DNA of 64,000 nucleotides, from positions 6,326,001 to 6,390,000 of the forward strand of contig CM075997.1 in assembly GCA_038087875.1 (NCBI GenBank). Direction: 5' to 3'. This DNA comes from Malacoraja senta (taxonomy: Eukaryota). The translations under genes and the position numbers were made by a program. Position 1 is the stretch's first letter. Each line of letters starts with the position of its first letter. The notes below the pieces were generated by a model, which was not told the DNA's origin, searched no databases, and was given only the letters and a program-made list of their open reading frames with translations. Below are positions 34,429-46,290 of this stretch, piece by piece.

Positions 34429-35358
34429 CTAAAACGCCGTTGAATCACCATGGGAGGAGCTCCTATCAGAGTCTGGGAGTTTATCCGACTGGTACTGATA
34501 ACCAAGCGCGCTATCAGGGTCTGCAAGGTTGTTTAAATTCCTCCTTGTAGCAGGGATCGGCTTATCACGGGACCGACAAGCCGCCGAAAAGTGGTTCAGT
34601 TTGCCACAGGAATTACAAATCTTACCCTGCGCGGGGCAAACGTTGAACTGGTGGAAAGAAAAATTACAATTGGGGCAACGGCGTGGGGTGATCTTAGCGG
34701 GCATTGCAGCGGGGTTTCGTCGTGGCGGACCAGTGTTCCGCCGGCGGCCAGCTGCACCGGTAAAGTTAATGTCCTGGGACACCGGTTGAGACACGGAGCT
34801 AACAGCAGAGGCCATACGAGCGGAATGCATGGCCTCCCTTAGTGTCAAATCAGGTTTCATGTGGAGCTCGGCACGCAGCTTAGCGTTCAGGAGACCATTG
34901 ACCAGGACATCCCTGATCAATTCGTCCGTGGAGATTGTTTCAAGGCGACAGCGCCGAGCCATATGACGCAAAGAGGCAATGAAAGCGTCAATATGCTCGC
35001 CGGGAATCTGTCGCCTCTGGAATAATTGAAAGCGCTCAATAATGTTATTGGTAGGGATATCACAGAGGGCAGTGAATTTAGCCATGAGACACACCGGGTC
35101 CCGACAGTCTTCTCCAGGGGCGAAGTCGAATGAAGCATAGTGATCCATGGCCTCCGGGCCAGCGAGGTTGAGCAGCAGGTGAGCCTGCACAGCAGGGGTG
35201 GCATCAGGATGAGCGATGGCTGTGTAATGTTCAAAGTCACGCTGGAACACAGTCCAGCGGTGGACAATGTCCGTGTCAAAGACCAAAGTGTCGGGTCGAC
35301 GACAGGAGTTGGACATAATGAAAACGGGGGGGAGACGTGAACAACTGGGAGAAAGCAA
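34429..35358 (-). CDS. gag: Gypsy gag (capsid plus two zinc knuckles)
   Basis: ERFQLFQRRQIPGEHIDAFIASLR and CPNC..H...CPAQGKICNSCGKLNHFSAAC. Confidence 0.9.
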   Translation of the reverse strand: MLSPSCSRLPPVFIMSNSCRRPDTLVFDTDIVHRWTVFQRDFEHYTAIAHPDATPAVQAHLLLNLAGPEAMDHYASFDFAPGEDCRDPVCLMAKFTALCDIPTNNIIERFQLFQRRQIPGEHIDAFIASLRHMARRCRLETISTDELIRDVLVNGLLNAKLRAELHMKPDLTLREAMHSARMASAVSSVSQPVSQDINFTGAAGRRRNTGPPRRNPAAMPAKITPRRCPNCNFSFHQFNVCPAQGKICNSCGKLNHFSAACRSRDKPIPATRRNLNNLADPDSALGYQYQSDKLPDSDRSSSHGDSTAF

Positions 35359-35413
35359 AGAATAAAAAAGAAAACCGATAAACAGGAGACGCGAGTCTAC
35401 CGCTGTGACACCA

Positions 35414-35611
35414 TGTAAAATGACTTGATTCCTACACAGAGTCTTTTACTGATGGTTTATTATAATCACTAACACACACTATGCAATAGCTGTCCGTGGT
35501 TATCACTGGAGCTAGAGAGCGGGCTGGAGGTGGGGACCTTACAATTATACGAGAGACAATGGGGAGTGGTTAGTAGTGGTGAGGTTACTATGTTAAAGGA
35601 ACTGATCTACA
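35414..35611 (-). repeat. Gypsy 5' LTR
   Basis: Direct repeat of 30897-31098, adjacent to the PBS at 35400-35413. Confidence 0.95.
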
Positions 35612-36577
35612 TTACCTAATTCACACTTTTTTAGATAATTACAAATTAGACATTTTTTGAAGGCTACTCTACCCCTTTTTCCGCTACCACATCAATCTGA
35701 AATTTTTGCATGACACGCTTTGATGCAATTTAAGGTGGTTCACAGAGCTCATATGTCAAAAGATAAGTTAGCTCGTTTTAATGGGCATATAAATCCTACA
35801 TGTGACAGATGTAACTCTGAAGTGGCCTCACTGACCCATATGTTTTGGTCCTGCCCTCTTTTGGAAAAATACTGGAAATAAATTTTTGATACTATTTCTG
35901 TAGTCTTAGGTATAGATTTACAACCTCATCCTATTACTGCAATTTTTGGGTTACCAATGTTAGATTCTATTCATTTGTCCCGCTCCGCCCATCGGTTGAT
36001 TGCTTTTACCACATTAATCGCCAGAAGACTTATTTTATTTAATTGTAAAGATTCCAACCCTCCGACCACACTCCAGTGGTATTCTGAAACGATATCATGT
36101 TTAAATTTAGAAAAAATCAGAAGTGACATTGTTGAACCCCTCTTTAACCGTTATAAACATTATTTTACCTCCATAGGGTGGAACGGACTTGACGACAAAC
36201 AGACTTAAATTGTTGAATTTCTCAGTTCAGATTCGGTTTTGCTTTGTTTTGTTTTTTTATTTATTTTATTTTTATTCTTATTTTATTATTATCAATTTTT
36301 CTTTCTTTTTTTCTTTAGTTTAGGGGGGGTTTTGTTTTTTTGTTTTTTCTTTTTCTTTTTGTCTTTTTATCTTTGTGTTATTATTTTGACACTGGTCTCA
36401 TATTAGGTTATACCTGTTATTAATGTAACCCTGATCCCTATGTATCAATACCATTGTTATGTTTATTCTTTTTGCTCTGGTTTTTATGTTTTATTTTTGG
36501 GGGGTTTTGGAAAAAAAAACAATAAAAAGATTTTAATAGGAAAGAAAGAATGTCAGACAGCGGAGGGAGGGGAAGCG

Positions 36578-36646
36578 TCCCGACCGAAATGTCACCTATC
36601 CATGTCCTCCAGAGATGCTGCCTGACCTGCTGAGTCACTCCAGCCT
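36578..36646 (+). mobile_element. Fragment of the Penelope-derived short unit, followed by a minus-strand CR1 tail piece
   Basis: CCGAAATGTCACCTATCCATGTCCTCCAGAGATGCTGCCTGACCTGCTGAG. Confidence 0.65.
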
Positions 36647-38010
36647 TCTGCCTTTTCCCCATAATCCCATGACATTTTCCCCATAATGCTTCTGCCTTTC
36701 CCCCATAACCCCTGATACCTGTACTAATCAAGATTCTGTCAAGAAGGGCTCTGGCCAGAAGGGGCATTTGTCCGGTGCTATTATGAGCCACGCAGGGTTG
36801 GAGTCATCGGATCAAGCACTGCGCCTGCTGCGGGGGGAATGAGTGTGCCTGCTGGTGCTAGGGGCATTCACTAGTCTCGCTAAATGACCATTCGGGTTCT
36901 GTCATACAACTGTCGTGGCCTGCGTTTGGGCCAGAGCGCAGGGGATAAAGCTCGCCGCATAGTTGTTGACAACCTTCTGGAGAACTGTGACATACTATTT
37001 ATGCATGAGACATTCTTAGCGAAGCAAGACTTGGACAAACTCAATTCTCTCAATGACAACTTTCATGGGGCTGGGGAGTCTACAACTGACCTTGGCATGG
37101 GAATAGTCAGAGGTAGGATACCAGGGGGTGTGGCTATTCTATGGAACAAGAAGCTTTACTCATCAATAAATGTGGTTCGCCTTGATACTGACTGGTGTAT
37201 TGCCATACACTTTGCTCACAACGACAAGGAATTTGTTATCCTGAATGTGTATACACCCTATGAATGCCATCAGAATGAGGATGAATATTTAAATAGGCTT
37301 GCTTTCATCTATTCCTTTATTCAAAACAATAATTATTCTAGCGTATATGTCATTGGGGATATGAGTGCAGATATCTCAGACAGGAACTCATTATTTGGCT
37401 CAGTTCTGTCAAGATAATTTTATATTGTCAAGCAAAGTGGTTTTATCTACAGATAGTTATACTTATATTAGTGAGGCCTAGCACACTACCTCATGGCTGG
37501 ATCATTGTATTAGTACAGCTGATGCACATGCCTCATTGGGGTGTACGAGCATTCTGTATGGGGCAGCAATGACTGATCATATACCGGAGTGGCGGCGCGT
37601 CCCTGGCTGCAGCAGCTCATCGGCAGTCCCGTTTGTTTGTGTTTTTTGTGTTGTTTATTTTGTTTTGGTTAGACTAGTTTTTGGTTCTTAGTTTGTGTTT
37701 TGGGGGGGTGGGGGGTTGAAACGGAGTTTGCAGTCTCTCCCTGCGGGGGAATGCGACCTTTTTGTCGTATTCCCCTTCTCTGCCTCCGTCTGCGCTGAGG
37801 CCTAATGGAGCTGATGACCTCGAGGCTCCGGAGGCAGAGCCCGTCAGGACTCGCCCTGAGCTCGCTCCCGTGAGGGTGGTCCGGCTCAGGGCTGGAACAG
37901 TGCTCCCGTGAGAGGTTGTGGCGCTCTCGTGAGGGCGGCCAGCCCAAGGGTGGAACGAGGCTCCCGTTGGAGCGGCCGAGCTCGGGGAGGTGCGGCGCTC
38001 GCAGCCCGAG

Positions 38011-38390
38011 GGAGGTTCGGCGCCCATGTCGGGGCGGCCCGGCCTGAGGGAGAAGCGACGCCCAAGTCGGGGCGGCCCGGCCCGGGGGAGGTTCAGCACC
38101 CATGTTAGGGTGGCCCGGCTCGGGGAAGAAGCGACGCCCAAGTCGGGGCGGCCCGGCCCGGGGAAGAGGCGACGCCCATGTCGGGGTGGCCCGGCTCGGG
38201 GGAGGTTCAGCGCCCATGTTGGGGTGGCCCGGCTCGGGGAAGAAGCGACGCCCAAGTCGGGGCGGCCCGGCCCGGGGGGTGAAGCGACGCCCAAGTCGGG
38301 GCGGCCCGGCCGGGGGGTGAAGCGACGCCCAAGTCGGGGCGGCCCGGCTCGGGGGAGGTTCGGCGCCCATGTCGGGGCGGCCCAGCCCGA
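38011..38390. repeat. 38-bp GC-rich minisatellite, about 10 copies
   Basis: CGCCCAWGTCGGGGCGGCCCGG recurs at 38021, 38059, 38097, 38135 and onward. Confidence 0.93.
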
Positions 38391-38683
38391 GGCTGAAGAC
38401 GGCACGGTACTCATGTGAGGGTGGTTGGGACGGTGTTCTGGCGGTGGTGGCCTGAGTCCGGGGTTCGGCCGCGGGCCAGCGGCTGCGTCTGCAGGACTGG
38501 TGGGCGGCAGCTTCGACCACCCCGGGCCGCGGTGTTTGAGCCGCGGGACTGATTTATAACATCGCCCGGGGGGTATCGCCTCAGCGCAGAGGGAGAAGAG
38601 GAGGGAAGAGACTGCAGACCTAAGACTTTTGCCTCCATCACAGTGAGGAGATGCTGGGTGGACTCACTGTGGTGGATGTTAAT

Positions 38684-39048
38684 AGATAGATAGATAGATA
38701 GATAGACATTTATTGTCACATACACCAATTGGTGCAGTGAAATTTGACTTGCCATGCAGCACACAAATAAAGATTACATCAAAGAATTTAACAACATAAA
38801 AACATCCCCCCACAATGGTTCCCACTGTGGGGGAAGGCAGCAAAGTCCAGTCCCATCCCCAGTTCACCCATAGTCGGGGCCTATTGAGGCCTCTGCAGTC
38901 GCCGATACGGCAGCCCAATGCCTCAGGCCCTCTCGCTGGATGATGAAGCTCCGGCGTCGGGTGAACACTCTCAGCGGCCCGGAGTGTCTGGAGCGGCCGC
39001 CTCCTCCCAGTAGACCGCGGCTCCCGAAGTCCACGAGCCGCGCTGGTC
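38684..39048 (-). mobile_element. Related GC-rich element nested antisense in the 37586 element
   Basis: (AGAT)n tail plus TTTATTGTCA, hairpin CCCCCACAATGG..CCACTGTGGGGG, and AAT on both sides. Confidence 0.75.
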
Positions 39049-40314
39049 AATATGTGTTTATTGTTGTTTTTATTGTATTATATTCGTGACTGCTGCAATT
39101 TCGTCCAGACTTCGGTCTGAACGACAATAAAGGCATATCTATCTATCTATCTATCTATACCTGTTGCTATGTCAATAAATGTTGAACACCTACTTGTGGT
39201 ATCCAGAGATGGAAATAGCTTTAACACAGAAAAACGGGACTGGTCAACCCTCACAAAGGAAGACATATTAGCCTATTATGCTCATACAGATAAATCCTTA
39301 AGCAATATTCATCTACCTCAGGATGCGATAATGTGTAGTAATGTTAATTGTAAGGATATGAAGCATAGGAGAGATATCTTCTCCATGTATAATGATATAG
39401 TAAGCGCTTTATATGTAGGCAGTAAGCCTACATGATTTGTATAGGGGTGCACACAATTGAGAGTAATAACTCAATGGTGATTTTACTTCGGAGTCACGTG
39501 AGTGACTATGTGAAGAAGGGACGTCAGGCCGCATGCGCGTCATTACGTCTACCGCATTGTGCTACGTCGGTCTGGCAGGGCGCTGCTCCTGCCAGCGGTA
39601 AGTTTAAACCCCAAGGTAAGTTTTAAACTTACTTTCAGGTTATGTTTTTCTTTTGCAGGATTCCCTGTTTTTAGGGTTTTCCGTGCGGAAGTTCGGGGCG
39701 TAGTCCGGGCAGCCGCGGGGGAACCTTCATGGACCGCGGGCAACCCCAGTCACTGACCAGAGGGAATCCCGGTCATGACGTCGAGGAATCCCAGAAACGG
39801 ACCGCGGGAACCCGCTAGGGAGACCGCGGGAATGCGGTAGCGGCGGCGGTCAAAATTCGTTCTTTAAGTCGCTGGATGGAACCAGACTGGTGATGCACAT
39901 GACTTCTTCAGACTGGTGCCAGTAGCACCTAGGCACCCGCTTGGAGGATAGCCACGATATAATATCTCCCAGAGCAGGGGAGCATTGGAAGAGGCCCCGT
40001 TGACTCAAACAAGTCGGGCCAGGAGGATTCCTGATGGAGAGGATCCCCTCCTTCATGGGTAATGTATTTGAACGTTCAAACCCACATGGAGCACCTCATG
40101 GAGAGGTGCTCCACAATGATATACTCCAAAGGAGGGAGTTAGCACCACGGGTCCCCTTGGGGGGGGGGGGGGGCACGGCAACGGCTACGGCAACGGCAAC
40201 GGCAGCTGCACTATGTCTCCCTCTCTGAGGAGGGGAGCATTTGGAGTCAGCTCCTGTCTGACTCGGAGACAAAAAAAAGAGAGAAAAAATAAATAATAAT
40301 GATAAATAAATGAA

Positions 40315-40336
40315 TACACACACACACACACACACA

Positions 40337-40384
<48 letters not shown>
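40315..40384. repeat. (CA)n(TA)n microsatellite
   Basis: Direct reading. Confidence 0.95.
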
Positions 40385-40390
<6 letters not shown>

Positions 40391-41504
40391 AAATAAATAA
40401 ATCATGATATAGGTCCATAGAGGGGCCATGTCACCGCAGGTATCCTCAGGGACCTGCGGCTGCACCTGTTTTCAGGGCTGCCTACAAATCTCCCTCTCTG
40501 TGGAGGGGAGTGCGAGTGGTCAGTGTGTAACTGATTTCAAATTCAAAGTATGTCCGTGGAACAGACTGGATCACATGCATATGGCTTTAAGGAAATACTC
40601 GCAAATGAATGGGTTACTGCCATGGGCAGAAAAACCAGGAGGGGCCAGAGTTTCCCCTCACGCTACAAGTGCCGGCAGTGAACAGCGCTATCAGGGGTGA
40701 CATTGGAGGAAATGAAACCAGCCGCCGAATCTCTTCAGGTAAGACTTATCCAACAGATATACCTGGATGAGGAAGCAAAAGTTGACGGAATGATCAGGGT
40801 ACCAACAACGAACAAAGCTTCATCGTATCGGCGACGACACACCCCACGCCTTAATGGCAGTAGCAGTTCACTGAAACAGGTGGCAGCTTGATAGCTGGGC
40901 AAGGCTTTTCAGGCCAAAATCCAAACCGGTCAGGAATCCTCATACACTACCGTTCCTACTCTCCCATCAAGGACGGGAATAGAACCCACATAAGGGCTGT
41001 TGGGCTTACCACAGACCACAGGTAACCACGGAGGTAGGTGGGTTTGGTTCCTCCTAAACATGGGGTAGTGGACCATTTACAAATTGGTATTAACAAATTT
41101 TTGTACAAATGAAAGATAACATGAGATTGGGTCATTGTTGCACAGTATGTTAGGATATAAAGCTTGGCTTGTAATTGGGGCCATTGTCTTTCGAGGCAGG
41201 CTCAGTATTACGGCCAGGATTGCCTTCTGAGACTAGCTCGGAAATTGGCCAGAGTTGTCTTTCAAGACAGGCTCAGAATTATGGCCGCAATGCCTTCCTA
41301 GCCAGGCCCAGTGTTATGGCCAGAGTTGTCTTTGTGAGGCAGGCCGAGTGTGATGGCCAGGGTCACCTTTCTAGACAGACCCGGGGAAGCTGGCCAGAGT
41401 TCTCAACTCAAGGGGCACGTATTATGGCAGGCGTGGCCTGTTCATTATAAATGATGGAGGATGTCAGTTTAAAATTGATTTAACTAGCATGTGCAACATA
41501 GATT

Positions 41505-44500
41505 TTACTTCGGAGTCACGTGAGTGACTACGTGAAGAACCCCGTCAGGGCGCATGTGCGTCATTACGTCTGACGCATTGGCGACAACGGCAGCAGGAGC
41601 ACGGAGCTCCTGCTGCAAGGTGAGTAATTACAGCTCCACCAAAGTCGGGGAGACTTTGGAGGAGTTAGAAAAAAGTAAGAAAGTGTTTCTGTGTGTGTTT
41701 TCCCCCACATACAGGAACAAGGAAAAGGTGCAGGTCTGCTGCCGACAAGGAGAGAGAGAGAGAGAGCTACGGGAGCGCAGTCTCTGAAAGGCAGCCTGTC
41801 ACCTCGGGGGAGTCGCAAGCCGGTAGCGGTGCGGCGACAGACTTGGCAAAGTGCCCAGCCGGGTACACAGCCAACGCCAGTCGGGTGGTCGGCATAACCC
41901 AAGTCTGTAAGGGCTATAGACCCCGCAGAGTCGGGCCACGAGAGTCCCGTCGGGGACAGGATACCGTTCCCCAGCGGTTATCCAAAAGGAGCAGCTCATA
42001 CAGGGGCTGCTCCACAGAGACGCTCCAGGAGGAGTTGTGCAGGAGGGAAGCCATAGGTAAGGCTCCGCTGGCAGTGCCTAGGAGAGGTCTGCTTCATAAA
42101 GCCACACTCCAGGAGGAGTAGTGCAGGCGGGAGGCCGTTGGGAAGGCTCCGCTGGCAGTGCCTAGGAGAGGCCTGCTTCACAAAGCCACACTCCAGGAGG
42201 AGTTGTGCAGGCGGGAGGCCGTGGGGACGGCTCCGCTGGCAGTGCCTAGTAGAGGCCTGCTTGAAAGCACCCTCTTTGCAAGAGGTGAGTGCAGAAGGGC
42301 AGATACGCTCTGACCCCGAGTCCGACGACTTCCAAAGGGAGGGCAGGCAGCTGTCAGAGCTGACACCGTGTGCAGCACGGTTTGCCATGTCATCGGACGC
42401 TGGTGAGCCTCTGGGTGAGGAACTTGCCACCAGCATAAATTACCAAGTCTCACATCAGCTACAGGAGCTGACAATGGATGAGACCGTAACGAATTATGAA
42501 GCCCCAATCAACTGTGGACTGTTAAAAGTTCCTGTTGGGAACAGGAAGAATTGGGGCAAGATGGGCATACTAATGAAAGCCCAGGAGCATGTGAAGCTCC
42601 AGCATATTTTTAAAGTTGCTGGCATCTGGTATAACGAGCTTTGCCAGGATGGTGGATGGAGAGGCCATGACAAATTACAACAAAAGGCGCTATTGTGGAG
42701 TGCCCACTTTGAGATCAACTGCCTCCGCAAGATGCGATTAGACCAACCATCAATGCTAAATATGCTTCACTCTGCCAGCCTGGCACAGTGCAACCGGCAC
42801 AGCTGTTTGGCGAGGATTTCGCACAGCAGGTGAAGGAGCTGGAGGAGGAGGCTAAGATGGCAGCCACATATTCACCAAAGCGGAAGTATTCCTATAAGGG
42901 AGCAGACTGGTCCGGGCAAGGGACGAGTCCAGCTACGATGCAGCGCAGTTGGCGTTCGGCTGTAGCACCGCCACGGAGGTGAGATATCCAGCTCAAGGCC
43001 GGGGAAGAATGCCAGGTGGTAAGGAGGTAAGAGGGTCTGGTTCTCATGTAGACAGATCTAATGTGATACAATTAAATGTTTACCTCAGATATGTTTATAC
43101 TGAAGGTTATTCCAGGGCATCGAATAAAGCTTAATGCAAATTCTGATGCAACATGTTCCAAAAAAAAAAAAGGAATTTGACTTCAGTATCACTGAACAAT
43201 TGGAAGTTCAGCTGTAATTTGCAAGCTTATGTAATAAAGGTGTAATTGCTAAGGCAGTTTACCAAAGCCATCAGTTTGTGTCCAATATCTTTCCCAGACC
43301 AAAAAAGGATGGGGGGATGCAGAATTATACGGACCTGAATAGTCTTAACCCTTTTGTACGGTATAGACATTTTAAGATGGAAACGTTTGTGAAGGAGATC
43401 TTAAAGATGCGGATTCAGTGTCTGTTCATTTGCAGGATAGAAGATTTAAAATTCAGCTGGATGGGGCAATTATGCCAATACAATCCACTGCCTAATGGTT
43501 TCTCTTCAGCTCCTAGAGGGATTACAAAGTTGTTAAAACCTATTCTAGGCATGATGAGAAGTCAAGGTCATGTGCTCATGGCTTAGCTAGATAATATCTT
43601 GATTGTAGGACAATCAAAGGAAACAGCTGAAGCATCAGTGGCAGTTGGTAAAAAACATTTTTAATTGGGCTTTATAAGCTATCCAGAGAAATCTAAATTT
43701 ATACCTGTGACACAAATTGACTAGTTGGGTTCACAATGGACTTAATCAACATCATTGTGACCTTGCCCAGGCAAAAAACGGTAGAGCTAATTAAGAGCTA
43801 TATCAAGTTAATTGCTGACACACAGCCTTCAATTAGCCAGGTGACAAGTCTGCTGTGGTAATGGCTGGCAGCATTTCCAGCAGTTCAATATGGCCACTTT
43901 ATTATCTACAATTACAAAGGTCAAAGGAACAAGCATTGAGGATACATTGGGGTCATTATAATAGACCTATGCTTCTATCAATAGAGGCTGTTGCTGATGT
44001 ACAATGGTGGATTCAGCATGTGTCCACTAGCAGTTCCAAAGTGTTATTGGACCAAGCTTCCATGATTTGCAGACAGATGTCAGAGCACTTGGGTAGGGTG
44101 CTACTGATACAAGATCAAGCGGTGGAGACAGATGAACATTGCTTCTGCAAACATGGGGAATTAACCAAGAGTATTTTATGGACTCGAGGCTTATGGCACT
44201 AACTAAACTAGTTTGCATGTGCAGTGCAAAATAGACAACACTACAGCAGTTGCTGATATGAATCACATGGGTGGAATCAAATTGTTATCATGTGACAGGT
44301 TGGCAAATACAATTGGACCTGGAGTAGGGATAGAGAGATTTGGATTGGAGCTATCTATCTGCCAGGGAAACTTAATGTAGTACCAGATGGCAGCTCACAA
44401 AAATTCCATCATAACACAGAGTGGATGTGGAACCAGGATGTGTTCAAGAACATAGTACTTCTATATGGAAGGCCAAAATATGTTTCATAGGCACCAGATC

Positions 44501-46290
44501 CAGGGGCAGTGGCAATTGATGCTTTTTCACTAAATTGGGATGATATCTTTGTGTACATTTTCCCACCATTCTGCCTCATAGGTCGGTGTTTGAGAAAATC
44601 AAGCAGGATGCCGCTTCAGGGGTTTTGGTGATACCAAATTGCCTGATTCAACCATGGTTCCCTTTGATGTTACAGTAGGAATTTGCTGGAGCATCCAGTA
44701 ACGCATTAAGTTCATCCGTTATGTGATGGTATGGATCTGTTAATTTGCAGGTTTTAAGAATGCCTTACATTGGTCGAGGACTTTCTAGGCCAACGGTGGA
44801 TATACTCACTGCAGCCTGGAGAAACAGTACTCAAAAACAGTATATGACTTATGAAAAAAAAAAAAAAAAGAACAATATTGTGTTCAAAAGAATATTCAAT
44901 ATGATACTGTAGTTATTGAAAATGTGTTAGAGTTTATCTACACTTTATTATGATGAGGGTCTTAGCTATACTGCTATCAATACAGCTAGAAGTGCTTGGT
45001 CGGCATATCTTGTAATAGGTACACGGACACAAAGTATAGGTTCTCACCCTCTCATATCTAGGTTGATGAAAGGAATCTTTAAGTCCAAACCGCCTAAGCC
45101 TAGGTATATGGTAATCTGCGAGGTAAGGGTTGTTCGTAACATACTTCGTCATTGGGTCCCTGTCACGTCTATAACTTTGTTAAAATTAACCATGAAATTG
45201 GCTATGCTAATGGCATTGGTGTCAGTACAGAGAGTGCAGACTTTCCAAAAACTTCAGTTCGAGAGAATGGAAGTGAATACAGAGAATGTTCTGTTTTATA
45301 TTTCTGACCTGCTCAAACAAAGCAGGCCAGGTGTGACAGGTTTTAAGATTGTGTTCTCAGCATATCCTACAGCTCCATGTTTATGTGTAAGGACACATTT
45401 GTTACATTACATTGAAGCCACAAGGGCTTTAAGACAAGAAGAAACAGGATTATTTCTCAGTTACAAGAAGCCAACATAAAAGAGTGGCAGTTCAGACTAT
45501 CTCAAGGTGGTTAAAGCAAGAGTTGGTTCAGGCAGGAATTAACATTTATGTGTTTACATCTCATTCCACTAGCGCAGTAGCAACATCCGCGGCCAGGGCG
45601 ATGGACGTTCCCATCGACCATATATTAAAAGCCGCAGGTTGGAAAAATGAACTTGTGTTTCAGCAATACTACCATCGGCTGATTGCCGATGGAGGGCTGT
45701 TTGCTAACTCAATATTGAGTGCTGTTGCTATTGTTTAACGTCTGTTTTCAATACTGTTTCATTCTGTTTCGTTTGTTGCCCTACATTAAGAGGGTTTATT
45801 GGTTGTTTTATGACCAAAAATAAAACTGTTTTGTTTTTGCATGATATGCAATGTCATGTTTACAGCATTATTGATGATACTCAGAGTCAATCGATGCAGT
45901 GAGAAGCCGGGATTTTGATCTGCGGCATAAAAATCACAGAGCTTTAAAGTCTTCACGTAGTCACTCATGTGACTCCGAAGTAAAATAGTAAGATTAAACG
46001 AGAACTTACCAGTTTGAAGTTTGATCTTTATTTTATGAGGAGTTACGTTGGTGATTATGTGCCCGCCACGCCCAACCCTCTCTCATAGAAAAAAGGTCAT
46101 AATGGTAGTTCTCATGTTGATCATCTTAATATGTTACTTCAATTATGGTGTTGTCTGTGATTTCATACCGCTGCTTTGAAGATTGACGTGCATGCGCCCT
46201 GACGGGGTTCTACACGTAATCACCAACGTAACTCCTCATAAAATAAAGATCAAACTTCAAACTGGTAAGTTCTCATTTAATCTTACTATT
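41505..46290 (+). mobile_element. DIRS retrotransposon B (complete structure, ORFs disrupted)
   Basis: Same termini and ICR (45950-46290). gag-like 41690-42980; RT SNIFPRPKKDGG..FKMET..LPNG.SSAPR; MT-like FPPFCLI; YR FTSHSTSA..ILKAAGW. Confidence 0.94.
42023..42265 (+). repeat. 84-bp tandem repeat x3 in the DIRS-B gag-like region
   Basis: CTCCAGGAGGAG starts at 42023, 42107 and 42191. Confidence 0.93.

Larger units (their letters stand above)
30897..35611 (-). mobile_element. Full-length Gypsy LTR retrotransposon (Mag-like) with a few frameshifts
   Basis: About 200-bp TG..CA LTRs, 5-bp TSD TTACC (30892-30896, 35612-35616), PBS TGGTGTCACAGCGG, PPT GAGGAGGGA, and gag-PR-RT-RH-INT order. Confidence 0.96.
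28136..36130 (+). pseudogene. L1 ORF2 RT and C-terminal region (disrupted, split by inserts)
   Basis: KAPGLDGF, DQTGFI, SLDAEKAFDRVEW, GTRQGCPISP, LYADD, LPKFLYLFQ, and the cysteine-rich CDRC..H.FWSC near 35800. Confidence 0.88.
25556..36546 (+). mobile_element. L1 element A: near full-length with an inverted 5' portion (twin priming) and nested inserts
   Basis: 25556-28135 carries the 5' UTR, ORF1 and EN on the minus strand. 28136 onward continues ORF2 on the plus strand to a 3' UTR with AATAAA. TSD AGAAKGTCAGACAG at 25542-25555 and 36547-36560. Confidence 0.9.
37586..39155 (+). mobile_element. GC-rich non-autonomous retroelement with an internal minisatellite
   Basis: TSD TATACC (37580-37585, 39156-39161), hairpin at 38634-38676, 3' stem-loop plus AATAAAG and an (ATCT)n tail. 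Confidence 0.8.

Noticed and set aside
38011..38390. Possible CRISPR array (also the 84-bp repeats at 42023)
   Set aside because: These are contiguous tandem units without unique spacers, there are no cas genes, and the context is eukaryotic TE DNA.
37669..38520. Long Pro/Arg/Gly-rich ORFs (283 aa and 246 aa) on both strands
   Set aside because: They are by-products of the stop-free GC-rich 38-bp minisatellite; no domain motifs are present.
40096..40465. ORFs rich in YI and CV repeats
   Set aside because: They are translations of (TA)n and (CA)n microsatellites.
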